This document shows, piece after piece, positions 26,691 through 34,156 of a stretch of 64,000 nucleotides of DNA; the first letter of the stretch is position 1; every line of letters begins with the position of its first letter. A program made the position numbers and the translations under genes. The DNA is taken from contig JBKCUU010000047.1 of the NCBI GenBank assembly GCA_046318155.1, positions 10,433 through 74,432 of the forward strand, written 5' to 3'. The notes under the pieces were generated by a model. It saw only the letters and a program-made list of their open reading frames with translations. It ran no database searches and was not told the origin of the DNA. The stretch is from Bdellovibrio sp. Its GTDB lineage: Bacteria; Bdellovibrionota; Bdellovibrionia; Bdellovibrionales; Bdellovibrionaceae.

Positions 26691-26716
26691 ATGTGCATAT
26701 TTCTTATGCATTTTAA
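26688..26716 (+). promoter_or_regulatory. repeated operator box, copy 3, upstream of the eRF1/Pelota-like operon
   Basis: GATGTGCATATTTCTTATGCATTTTAA matches the 5' part of copies 1 and 2. A TATAAAAT -10-like element follows at about 26723. Confidence 0.45.
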
Positions 26717-26779
26717 CATTCCTATAAAATCACCGATCCTTTAAGTAAGCGCAGGATGCGCAAACTCAAAGGAGATCAC

Positions 26780-27916
26780 ATGCAAAGTATCAAATCCTCT
26801 TTAAAGCCTCTTATCGAATCCTCGCATGGCGTTCACGTCACAATCTACATGGTGAACGAGGGTGGACAAGAAAATATCATGCGCCAACTTCGACAATCGC
26901 TCGAAGAAGCCCACGACTTCCTTCAGCCCGTCATGTCTTTGCAGGAGCGGCAGATGCTTCTTGCTCCGCTCGATCATTTATTAGTTGAGGGACACGTTTT
27001 TCACCACATGCAGGGAAATATCGGCCTCTTCCGCACGAAAGACTCCTTTCGCATTTTGAGCATCCCCGTTGACATGCCTCGCAGTGTCCATGTCGCGACG
27101 ACTTTTCATGTCAAGCCTTTGCTGCAATGGATTCAGGTCGACCAAGAATACTTTTTGCTTGGACTTGATGGTCAACAGGCCCATCTTTACATCGGCAACT
27201 ATCACTCCATCCAGTTGATTGAGTCCATCGCTTGCCCGCTCCAGAGCGGTCTTGCGGATAGCGCGAGCTTGGCAAAAAAAGGCGACGACGAAGAGATCTT
27301 GAGTGGTGAAATCCCTGTTTGGATCAGGAGCTGGATTTGGCAGCGAGCAAGCAAGACGAATCCTCTTTTTTTTATTGCTGGGCCCCCGGCCTATTGCCGA
27401 CAAATTTTTAAAGGCATCAAGTACCATCGGACCGTCCGCGAGCCTCTTTTGACAAGCTTTTCGAAACCGGCTCTCGAAAGCTGCACCTCTGCGATCCAAG
27501 ACTATCTAGAAAGTCATGCTCACCGTGAACTCGCTTCAGCGCTCGTCGAATATGAAGTCGCGTCCGAAGAAAATCGGACCCGGCGAAATATCTTTCAGAT
27601 CGCAAAGGCGGCAGCGCTCGGAAAAGTACGCAAGCTCATTATCGCCAAGGACACCGTTATTCACGGCAAGTTGGATCTCAGAACTGGGGGCCTTGCGCTT
27701 CATCCGTTTGATTTGGACCATGAGGATGACGACATCTTGGATGACTTGGCGCAGGCGGTTCTTGCCCGCGGCGGCGAGGTGCTCGTTGTTGACAAGGCCC
27801 AGTTACCGAAGGGACGCGCGGCTCTGGCAATTCTGGATGAGTCTCTTCATCTGGAGCAATCGCCTTCGCCTTACCTGGGGTCGGCTCTCAATTCTCGCGG
27901 AACACCCCAACTCTAA
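26780..27916 (+). CDS. eRF1/Pelota(Dom34)-superfamily protein, bacterial baeRF-type, paralogue A
   Basis: 378 aa from the ATG at 26780 (AAAGGAGA RBS). Blocks GVHVTIYM, IGLFRTKDSFRIL, HVKPLLQWIQ, FFIAGPPAYCRQIF, GKVRKLIIAKD, HEDDDILDDLAQAVLARGGEVLVV...GRAALAIL follow the order of eRF1/Pelota N, central and C domains. The assignment is motif-level only. Confidence 0.6.
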   Translation: MQSIKSSLKPLIESSHGVHVTIYMVNEGGQENIMRQLRQSLEEAHDFLQPVMSLQERQMLLAPLDHLLVEGHVFHHMQGNIGLFRTKDSFRILSIPVDMPRSVHVATTFHVKPLLQWIQVDQEYFLLGLDGQQAHLYIGNYHSIQLIESIACPLQSGLADSASLAKKGDDEEILSGEIPVWIRSWIWQRASKTNPLFFIAGPPAYCRQIFKGIKYHRTVREPLLTSFSKPALESCTSAIQDYLESHAHRELASALVEYEVASEENRTRRNIFQIAKAAALGKVRKLIIAKDTVIHGKLDLRTGGLALHPFDLDHEDDDILDDLAQAVLARGGEVLVVDKAQLPKGRAALAILDESLHLEQSPSPYLGSALNSRGTPQL

Positions 27917-27940
27917 CATTTGAATAAACTGGAGAATTTT

Positions 27941-29074
27941 ATGCTCAAATCCACGACAAAAACTCTTTCGAATTTACTCACCTCTCAAGGCGGTGTTCAC
28001 CTCACGATCTACTTGAACAATAACGGTGACATCATTGACCTTAAGGATCAGCTCCGAAAACGACTCCTCGAAGCAAAAGACTGGCTTGAGCCCGTGATGA
28101 CGCCGGTTCAGCAAGAAAAATTTCTTGAGCCAATCAATGCACTCGTTTTGGACACACGACTTTTAAAAGACCTTAAGGGGGCTATCGGGCTGTTTAAAAA
28201 CACCGACTCGTTTCGGTTGCTGGGGATTCCAGGAAGCGTCGATCCGAGCTACCACGTGGCAAGCTCTTATCACGTCAAACCGCTCCTTCGTTGGATCCAG
28301 ACAGATCAAGACTTCATGTTTCTGGGATTTGAAAAAACGCGTGTGCACCTGTACTCTGGAACGCAAAATTCATTTAGACTGATCGATTCTGTCTTGTTTC
28401 CAGATCTCATTTCAAAATCATTGGACCACGGCGAAGACAATCTCAAAGGAGCACGCCAACAAAAAGCGCAAGTGAAGCAAACCTTGCTCTGGCTCAATCA
28501 ATGGATTGCAGAACTCACGGCCCAGTCGATGCCTGCGCTTTTTGTGGCGGGTGAGGCGTCGCTGACAAAAGAATTCTTCAAGTTCTCCACTTACAAGAAT
28601 TTGGTCCCGACGGCCTTGTCTGGTTTTTTTAATAAAAACGAAGCTCTCAGCTTTGCTCGGCGCATTCGAAATCTGCAAAAATCCGAATCTTCAAAAAAAT
28701 TTGAAGGCGCACTCCAGGATTTTGAAATTGCCGACAAACAGAACCAGGCTTGTTCGGATCTCTTCGAGATGACCGCGGCTGCCGTTAGAGGCCAAGTCCA
28801 AAAACTGGTCATTGCGGATGACATGAGCCTCTTCGGAAAAGTGGATCATGATTCAGGTGTTCTGACTCTGCATGCGCATGACCTCAACCACGAGGACGAT
28901 TGCATTTTAGATGATCTGGCGCAGCTTGTTCTTAACCAAGGCGGGCAAGTGGTGATCGCAAAACAAAATCAGATTCCTGACGGGCGCCCGGCACTCGCGA
29001 TCTTGAATGACGAAAGACCCCAGACAACGGCGCACGCAGGTCTGCACGATGTCCTGCAAGAGAGGTTTGGATGA
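27941..29074 (+). CDS. eRF1/Pelota(Dom34)-superfamily protein, bacterial baeRF-type, paralogue B
   Basis: 377 aa from the ATG at 27941 (GGAGA RBS). Collinear with paralogue A: GVHLTIYL, IGLFKNTDSFRLL, HVKPLLRWIQ, LFVAGEASLTKEFF, GQVQKLVIADD, HEDDCILDDLAQLVLNQGGQVVIA...GRPALAIL. Confidence 0.6.
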   Translation: MLKSTTKTLSNLLTSQGGVHLTIYLNNNGDIIDLKDQLRKRLLEAKDWLEPVMTPVQQEKFLEPINALVLDTRLLKDLKGAIGLFKNTDSFRLLGIPGSVDPSYHVASSYHVKPLLRWIQTDQDFMFLGFEKTRVHLYSGTQNSFRLIDSVLFPDLISKSLDHGEDNLKGARQQKAQVKQTLLWLNQWIAELTAQSMPALFVAGEASLTKEFFKFSTYKNLVPTALSGFFNKNEALSFARRIRNLQKSESSKKFEGALQDFEIADKQNQACSDLFEMTAAAVRGQVQKLVIADDMSLFGKVDHDSGVLTLHAHDLNHEDDCILDDLAQLVLNQGGQVVIAKQNQIPDGRPALAILNDERPQTTAHAGLHDVLQERFG

Positions 29075-29478
29075 ACAAGCTGATCTTGCTCGAAATCTGG
29101 AGAAAAGCGCAAACGCAACCGAGAGTCATGCGAAAGCTCAAGATTTTTTTGATCGTCGGCGTCCTGGGCTGCGTGTTGACAGCAAGTCTTGTCATCTGGG
29201 CGGGCATTTCGGCCCTTTCGTTTGTTGTCGGCAAATCAAGAGACCTCATGCAGTCGCCTCAGGTGTCGGCTCATGTCGAAAAAATGCAAGACCTTCCCGT
29301 TCACGCCGTGACATTTCAGCCAGTTGAATGCTGGCAAAGAGCGCTCAGCCTTTTAGCTGTCGAACCTTGGGTTTTGCAGTCGGCCCTGACTAACTTGCAA
29401 AACTTAAAAGCCTCATGCCTTGGCTCGCCAGCTTCCTCAGATTCGATGAACAACTCACCCACCAACAAGGAGAATTGA
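29071..29478 (+). CDS. small single-pass membrane protein
   Basis: 135 aa. ATGA overlap with the upstream stop. TM segment IFLIVGVLGCVLTASLVIWAGISALSFVV. No family recognised. Confidence 0.55.
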   Translation: MNKLILLEIWRKAQTQPRVMRKLKIFLIVGVLGCVLTASLVIWAGISALSFVVGKSRDLMQSPQVSAHVEKMQDLPVHAVTFQPVECWQRALSLLAVEPWVLQSALTNLQNLKASCLGSPASSDSMNNSPTNKEN

Positions 29479-29479
29479 G

Positions 29480-29863
29480 ATGATTCAAATAAAATTTAAA
29501 AACCTTGAGAAATCACAATTGGCCAGTGAGGCAGCTTTAGAAAGAATCGAAGGGCTCATCCTGAAATTCCCTGACCTCGCAAAAAGCCATGTCCAGCTGA
29601 CCCTCGAAATGCAGAACTCACCCTTTCAAGCCGGTCCTGATCTGTTCAAAATCAAGCTGTGCACCACACGGGGACGATACACAGGGATCGTGGTCGAAAA
29701 AGAGGATGCGAATCTTTACGTCGCCCTGGCTGAACTGACTGACGACATGCTTGAGGTCCTCAATCGATTCGGTGATCGCGAACGCGTAAAAAGACTCAAG
29801 CAAGCGCGAACCTTCGTTCGAGAGCTCAAGAAAAAGAGCGTGGACCACGACAAGGCGGGGTGA
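29480..29863 (+). CDS. HPF/RaiA (ribosome hibernation factor, S30AE)-like protein
   Basis: 127 aa with GGAGA RBS. The beta-alpha-beta-beta-beta-alpha pattern IQIKFKNLE / QLASEAALERIEGLILKF / HVQLTLEM / FKIKLCT / IVVEKEDANLYVALAELTDDMLEVLNRF parallels HPF/YfiA proteins. Motif-level only. Confidence 0.55.
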   Translation: MIQIKFKNLEKSQLASEAALERIEGLILKFPDLAKSHVQLTLEMQNSPFQAGPDLFKIKLCTTRGRYTGIVVEKEDANLYVALAELTDDMLEVLNRFGDRERVKRLKQARTFVRELKKKSVDHDKAG

Positions 29864-29902
29864 CTGGCTCTCGTTTCAAGATCATGAGCTGGAGTGGCGA
29901 GC

Positions 29903-30988
29903 CTATTCTCTGAGCGCTGTTCGCCGGGTCATCGAGACCCGCGAATTGAAAAAATCGGCCATCGCCTGCTGAATACTGTCGCCGGATTTCGCTATCATCA
30001 CGGCTGAAAAAAGGGCGTGACCAAAATCAAGCCATACACTTGTCATTCGCACATGAAAACGAAATTTTCGCAGCGCCAAGCTTTCGCTGTGGGTTTCGAG
30101 CAAGATCATTAAAAGTTGGCGCAAACAACGCCCGTACTCGGCGCCCTCCTCTTCGGGTGTTTGCGGCGCCCTTTCACCCTCGCGGCCATAGGGAGCCGCA
30201 AGCCCCAGGCGCTCACCCACCTGCCACATCATCCAAGGCCGGGCGGCGAGCGCGCGGCCACTCATGGCGAGATCACACCCGGTTTCTTCAAGAATCTGAA
30301 AGACGTCATCGACGGTTTGCACATCGCCATTACCGATGACCGGAATGTTGACGTTCTCGCGAAGGCGCTTGATCTGATCCCAATCGGCGCTGCCTCGTCT
30401 TTTTTGTTCGGCCGTGCGAGGGTGCAAAGTGACCCAAGAGGCCCCGGCGTCTTGAAGTCTGTGAACGAAGTTAAGTAAAAAATGAAGGTCCCCTTGAGGT
30501 CCGGCACGCAACTTGACGCTGACGGGGACCGAACTATTCCTCACCGTCATGCGCACCACTTCGGCCGCATAGGCCGGATCACCCATCAGCGCGACGCCAT
30601 AATTGTGCTTGAGCGCTTTTTGTACGGGGCAGCCCATATTGATATCGATGCCCTCGGCTCCCCACTCGATCAGGCGCGCGACGGTTTCTTGAATGGGGCC
30701 TTCTTCATTGCCTAAAATTTGCGGCACCAAGCCCGATTCAAAAGGGGCACGCAGGGTTTCGGGCGTTTGTCCGACTTTTTCTTTGGGGATTTTCCAAGAA
30801 CTCAGCATTTCGGTGGGCCAAATGGTTTTGGCTCCCGCAGGCAGATAATTTCGTGTGACCAAGCGAAGCGCCATGTGCGACATCCCAACCATGGGAGCCA
30901 TACAGAGGGGAAAATTCACCTCCCCGTTCAACAATGAGCGACGTGTCGCCCCAAAGCCGGGGGCACGAATTGTCCTTAAGTCTTGCAC
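29903..30988 (-). CDS. tRNA-dihydrouridine synthase (second Dus paralogue)
   Basis: MAPMVGMSHMALR, IDINMGCPVQKA, VSVKLRAG, VTLHPRTAEQ, IPVIGNGDV and AMSGRAL are Dus-family motifs. Confidence 0.88.
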   Translation of the reverse strand: MQDLRTIRAPGFGATRRSLLNGEVNFPLCMAPMVGMSHMALRLVTRNYLPAGAKTIWPTEMLSSWKIPKEKVGQTPETLRAPFESGLVPQILGNEEGPIQETVARLIEWGAEGIDINMGCPVQKALKHNYGVALMGDPAYAAEVVRMTVRNSSVPVSVKLRAGPQGDLHFLLNFVHRLQDAGASWVTLHPRTAEQKRRGSADWDQIKRLRENVNIPVIGNGDVQTVDDVFQILEETGCDLAMSGRALAARPWMMWQVGERLGLAAPYGREGERAPQTPEEEGAEYGRCLRQLLMILLETHSESLALRKFRFHVRMTSVWLDFGHALFSAVMIAKSGDSIQQAMADFFNSRVSMTRRTALRE

Positions 30989-31037
30989 CCCTGTCGTTTA
31001 ACCAATAATTTGTCAAAAAGAAAGGACTCTCAAAGAT

Positions 31038-32141
31038 ATGCAAAAACGCATCGGCATCCTTGGTGGCGGTCAACTGGCCCGCATGCTCGCTCTCGCAGGA
31101 GCTCCCCTTGGATTTGAAATGCATATCTTGAGTCCCTCCAAACTCGACCCGGCGGCACAGGTCACCGGCTTTCACCATCTTGGTGATCCCAGCAAACTCG
31201 AAGATCTTAAAAAGTTTTTGACCCAAATCGATCACCTCACTTTTGAGAGTGAGTTCTTCGATATGGATGTGCTGCAAAAGGCACTGGGTTCTTTAGCTCA
31301 AGCCCCTGGTGTTTTTCCAAATGCGGGCGTCATGCGTGACTTGCAAGATCGCAGCAGTCAAAAGCAACTCTTGATCACGCATGGTTTGGCGACATCGCCG
31401 TGTATGTTTGTTCAGAGACCCCTTGATCTGAAAACTGCGTTTGAAAAATTCAAAAAAGGTTATGTCGTTAAAAAAGTGCGTGGGGGCTACGACGGCACCG
31501 GCACGTTTTACGTCAAGAGTCTTCAAGAGCTCGAAAAGCTTCAGGTCGCCTTTCCGGGGATTTCAATTGCCGAGAGTTTTGTCAAATTTAAACGCGAACT
31601 TGCTACTTCGGTCGTTTGCGATGGCAAGAAAGTGCACTTTCTTCCACTTGTCGAATCTCATCAAACGGATTCACGTTGCGACTGGGTTCGCGGGCCCGTT
31701 AAACACCGCGCCTGGAACAAGCTCTCGTTGAAAATCGAAAAGATGCTGCTCAAAATTGGCTATCAAGGCGTGATCGCCTTTGAGCTTTTTGATACTGGCA
31801 CGAATCTCCTGGTCAATGAAATCGCCCCGCGGGTGCACAACTCAGCTCACTACACACAAGACGCGCTTAATTTTTCGCAATTTGCTTTGCACCTCCTAGC
31901 TGGCACAGGCGCCAAGCTTCCACGCCTGGAACTCAAAACAAAATGTTTTGTCATGATGAATCTGGTTGGCGAGAGCTACTCGTCTTTTGTTTTTCCGGAT
32001 GTTTTAGAAGGAAACCTTCACTGGTACGGCAAAGCCTCGAACCGCCCAGGTCGCAAAATGGGACACCTCAACTGGGTCGGCGCGCGACTCGTGCCGCTTT
32101 TTAAAAACGCTCTCAATGAGCGCGCAAGGATCCGCAAATGA
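31038..32141 (+). CDS. purK: N5-carboxyaminoimidazole ribonucleotide synthase
   Basis: IGILGGGQLARMLA and an ATP-grasp core (VVKKVRGGYDGTGTF, VNEIAPRVHNSAHYT). Overlaps purE by ATGA. Confidence 0.93.
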   Translation: MQKRIGILGGGQLARMLALAGAPLGFEMHILSPSKLDPAAQVTGFHHLGDPSKLEDLKKFLTQIDHLTFESEFFDMDVLQKALGSLAQAPGVFPNAGVMRDLQDRSSQKQLLITHGLATSPCMFVQRPLDLKTAFEKFKKGYVVKKVRGGYDGTGTFYVKSLQELEKLQVAFPGISIAESFVKFKRELATSVVCDGKKVHFLPLVESHQTDSRCDWVRGPVKHRAWNKLSLKIEKMLLKIGYQGVIAFELFDTGTNLLVNEIAPRVHNSAHYTQDALNFSQFALHLLAGTGAKLPRLELKTKCFVMMNLVGESYSSFVFPDVLEGNLHWYGKASNRPGRKMGHLNWVGARLVPLFKNALNERARIRK

Positions 32142-32647
32142 AAAAGCCAAAAGCTCCGCCGAAGAAAAAAGTCGCCATCATTATGGGAAGCAAAACCGAT
32201 TTGAAGGTCATGCAGGCCGCGGCCGATGTGTTAAAAGAATTTGGCATTCCCTACCACCTCGAGGTGGTATCGGCCCACCGAACTCCCGAAAAAATGTTTG
32301 AGTTTGCCCGCCTTGCGCACGAACGTTTTAGCTTGATTATTGCGGGGGCTGGCGGCGCAGCCCATCTGCCTGGAATGGTGGCATGCTTGACGACCTTGCC
32401 GGTTATTGGCGTTCCTGTCCAATTGGGGTCGCTCAAAGGGATGGATGCCTTGTTGTCAGTTGTGCAAATGCCAAAAGGGATTCCGGTTGCAACAGTTGCC
32501 ATCGACAACGCCGCCAACGCGGGACTTTTAGCCGCCCGTTTTGTGGGAATGAATGACGAAAAGATCCAAAAGAAGCTGCAAAAGTACCAGTCATCGCAAA
32601 AAAAGAAAGTTGCGCAAATGAACCGCGAGATTAGGCTCGCGCGGTAA
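32138..32647 (+). CDS. purE: N5-carboxyaminoimidazole ribonucleotide mutase
   Basis: VAIIMGSKTDLKVM, VVSAHRTPEKM, IAGAGGAAHLPGMVA and VIGVPV are PurE signatures. Confidence 0.95.
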   Translation: MKKPKAPPKKKVAIIMGSKTDLKVMQAAADVLKEFGIPYHLEVVSAHRTPEKMFEFARLAHERFSLIIAGAGGAAHLPGMVACLTTLPVIGVPVQLGSLKGMDALLSVVQMPKGIPVATVAIDNAANAGLLAARFVGMNDEKIQKKLQKYQSSQKKKVAQMNREIRLAR

Positions 32648-33155
32648 CGGCCTGCTCGCGGCGCTCGGCCAAAGCCCGAGCCGCCAAGCCAATGGCACCT
32701 GAGAACACCAGATCACCTGCCATTTGATTTTTCAAAAATGGCAAAGCCATTACGAAACATTCCGACAGCCCCCTGACGTTCATCGGGTACATTTGACCTG
32801 ACATCCAAACGCCAAAGTTCGTGATGAAAAAAAATAAAAGACTCGCGGTCAAGCTGCCGGCCACTGTGCGCATCCAAGAGGCTCGTGGCTGAATCCAAAG
32901 CGACAAGGCCGTGATCAGCATGAAAGCGCCGTACACCCAAAACAGGGTGGAGTGAAAACCCAAAATGAAATCACTCAGGATCAGGATGATGATTGGAATG
33001 GCAAAGGCGGCCCGCCGGTCTTGAAACAGAGTGGTCGCCCACAAGGCCAGAGCACCCACGGCTGTAAAGTTCGCTGGGTGCGGCATCAATCGGGTCAGGA
33101 CACCGAGCAAAACGAATCCAACGGCTATAAAAAATCCAACTCGCTTCGACATCAT
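32631..33155 (-). CDS. integral membrane protein, DUF6580-like
   Basis: 174 aa, 5-6 TM. LTRLMPHPANFTAVGALALW...ILSDFILGFHS resembles the R..PHPPNFTP.GA.ALF start of DUF6580 proteins. The family call is from memory of that family and is not verified. Confidence 0.6.
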   Translation of the reverse strand: MMSKRVGFFIAVGFVLLGVLTRLMPHPANFTAVGALALWATTLFQDRRAAFAIPIIILILSDFILGFHSTLFWVYGAFMLITALSLWIQPRASWMRTVAGSLTASLLFFFITNFGVWMSGQMYPMNVRGLSECFVMALPFLKNQMAGDLVFSGAIGLAARALAERREQAVTARA

Positions 33156-33388
33156 TCGCCTCCCGGGAGTCGCTTAGCTTAACACCGAAGGCCTTGTTTT
33201 TACTTTAGAATTGTCAGATGTCAAGGGCCCTGAGCCCCCCAGCAAAAAAGCATCTGCAGCTTTGACTTTAAGACCCCTTCTCGTTAATCCCTTAGTCTTT
33301 AAAGACCTCAGAGATTTGGCAAGGACAGGTGGCTGCTTACCATGGCGTCAATCCCTAACTTGCACCCAAATACATAGGAGCTTGGTCA

Positions 33389-34156
33389 ATGCTTTCGACA
33401 CTCTTCTTGCTCACCTCTTTTGCTTGGTCCGCGAACTCGAATTTGATCGACACCGCTCAAATCGAGGCGACGTCTTCGCTTGAAGAAAAGATCGAGACGA
33501 AAACCACTAAAAAGCCAGCAAATCAAAAGAGCCGCTTGGTACCCGATATCTCTGGATCTCTCAACACCGAGCAAATTTCGATTCTTCGACTTGAAGACAA
33601 ATACCAAACCCCGCGCACACGCACCTACGATTTTCGCGCAGATTTGACCTTTGAAAGCCTGCGCCTAAAAGGCGAAGCGCCGAATTCTTACTTGGGCGCG
33701 TACAATGCTCAAGACGCCGGCGCGATTCCGCTGGTCGCCTTGCATTTTGGTTTCTTAGCACCGATCAAAGGCGCTTTCTCGGCAGGTCTCTCGGCTTTTG
33801 GCGCCTACGGATTGCGGGAGTACAACTTGGTCTCGCCTGATGGCTCATCGCTGAAGCCCCGCTTAAATGTGGTCATGTACGGAATCAGTGCTCAGGCACG
33901 CTATGCTTTCAAGCCCCATCTTTTTTCTGAGTTTGCTTATGAGCAGGGCCAGCTCGGCATTCGTCAGTCGTCAAACGAAAGTACACTGGCGCAATGGAGC
34001 GATGATGCTCGCACGCAGGCTTCTAAGCTGGGTGTTGGTTATATTTTTACAAACGGCTGGGAGCTCGCGGGACACGTCCAACAACGCACCTTGCTTGCCA
34101 GTGCCTTTGAGGTAGATTTGAATCAATGGTCGATCTCCACAGGAGTGAAGTGGTAG
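33389..34156 (+). CDS. outer-membrane beta-barrel-like hypothetical protein
   Basis: TAGGAG RBS. Signal peptide MLSTLFLLTSFAWSA. Alternating strands and a C-terminal ...WSISTGVKW. Confidence 0.6.
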   Translation: MLSTLFLLTSFAWSANSNLIDTAQIEATSSLEEKIETKTTKKPANQKSRLVPDISGSLNTEQISILRLEDKYQTPRTRTYDFRADLTFESLRLKGEAPNSYLGAYNAQDAGAIPLVALHFGFLAPIKGAFSAGLSAFGAYGLREYNLVSPDGSSLKPRLNVVMYGISAQARYAFKPHLFSEFAYEQGQLGIRQSSNESTLAQWSDDARTQASKLGVGYIFTNGWELAGHVQQRTLLASAFEVDLNQWSISTGVKW

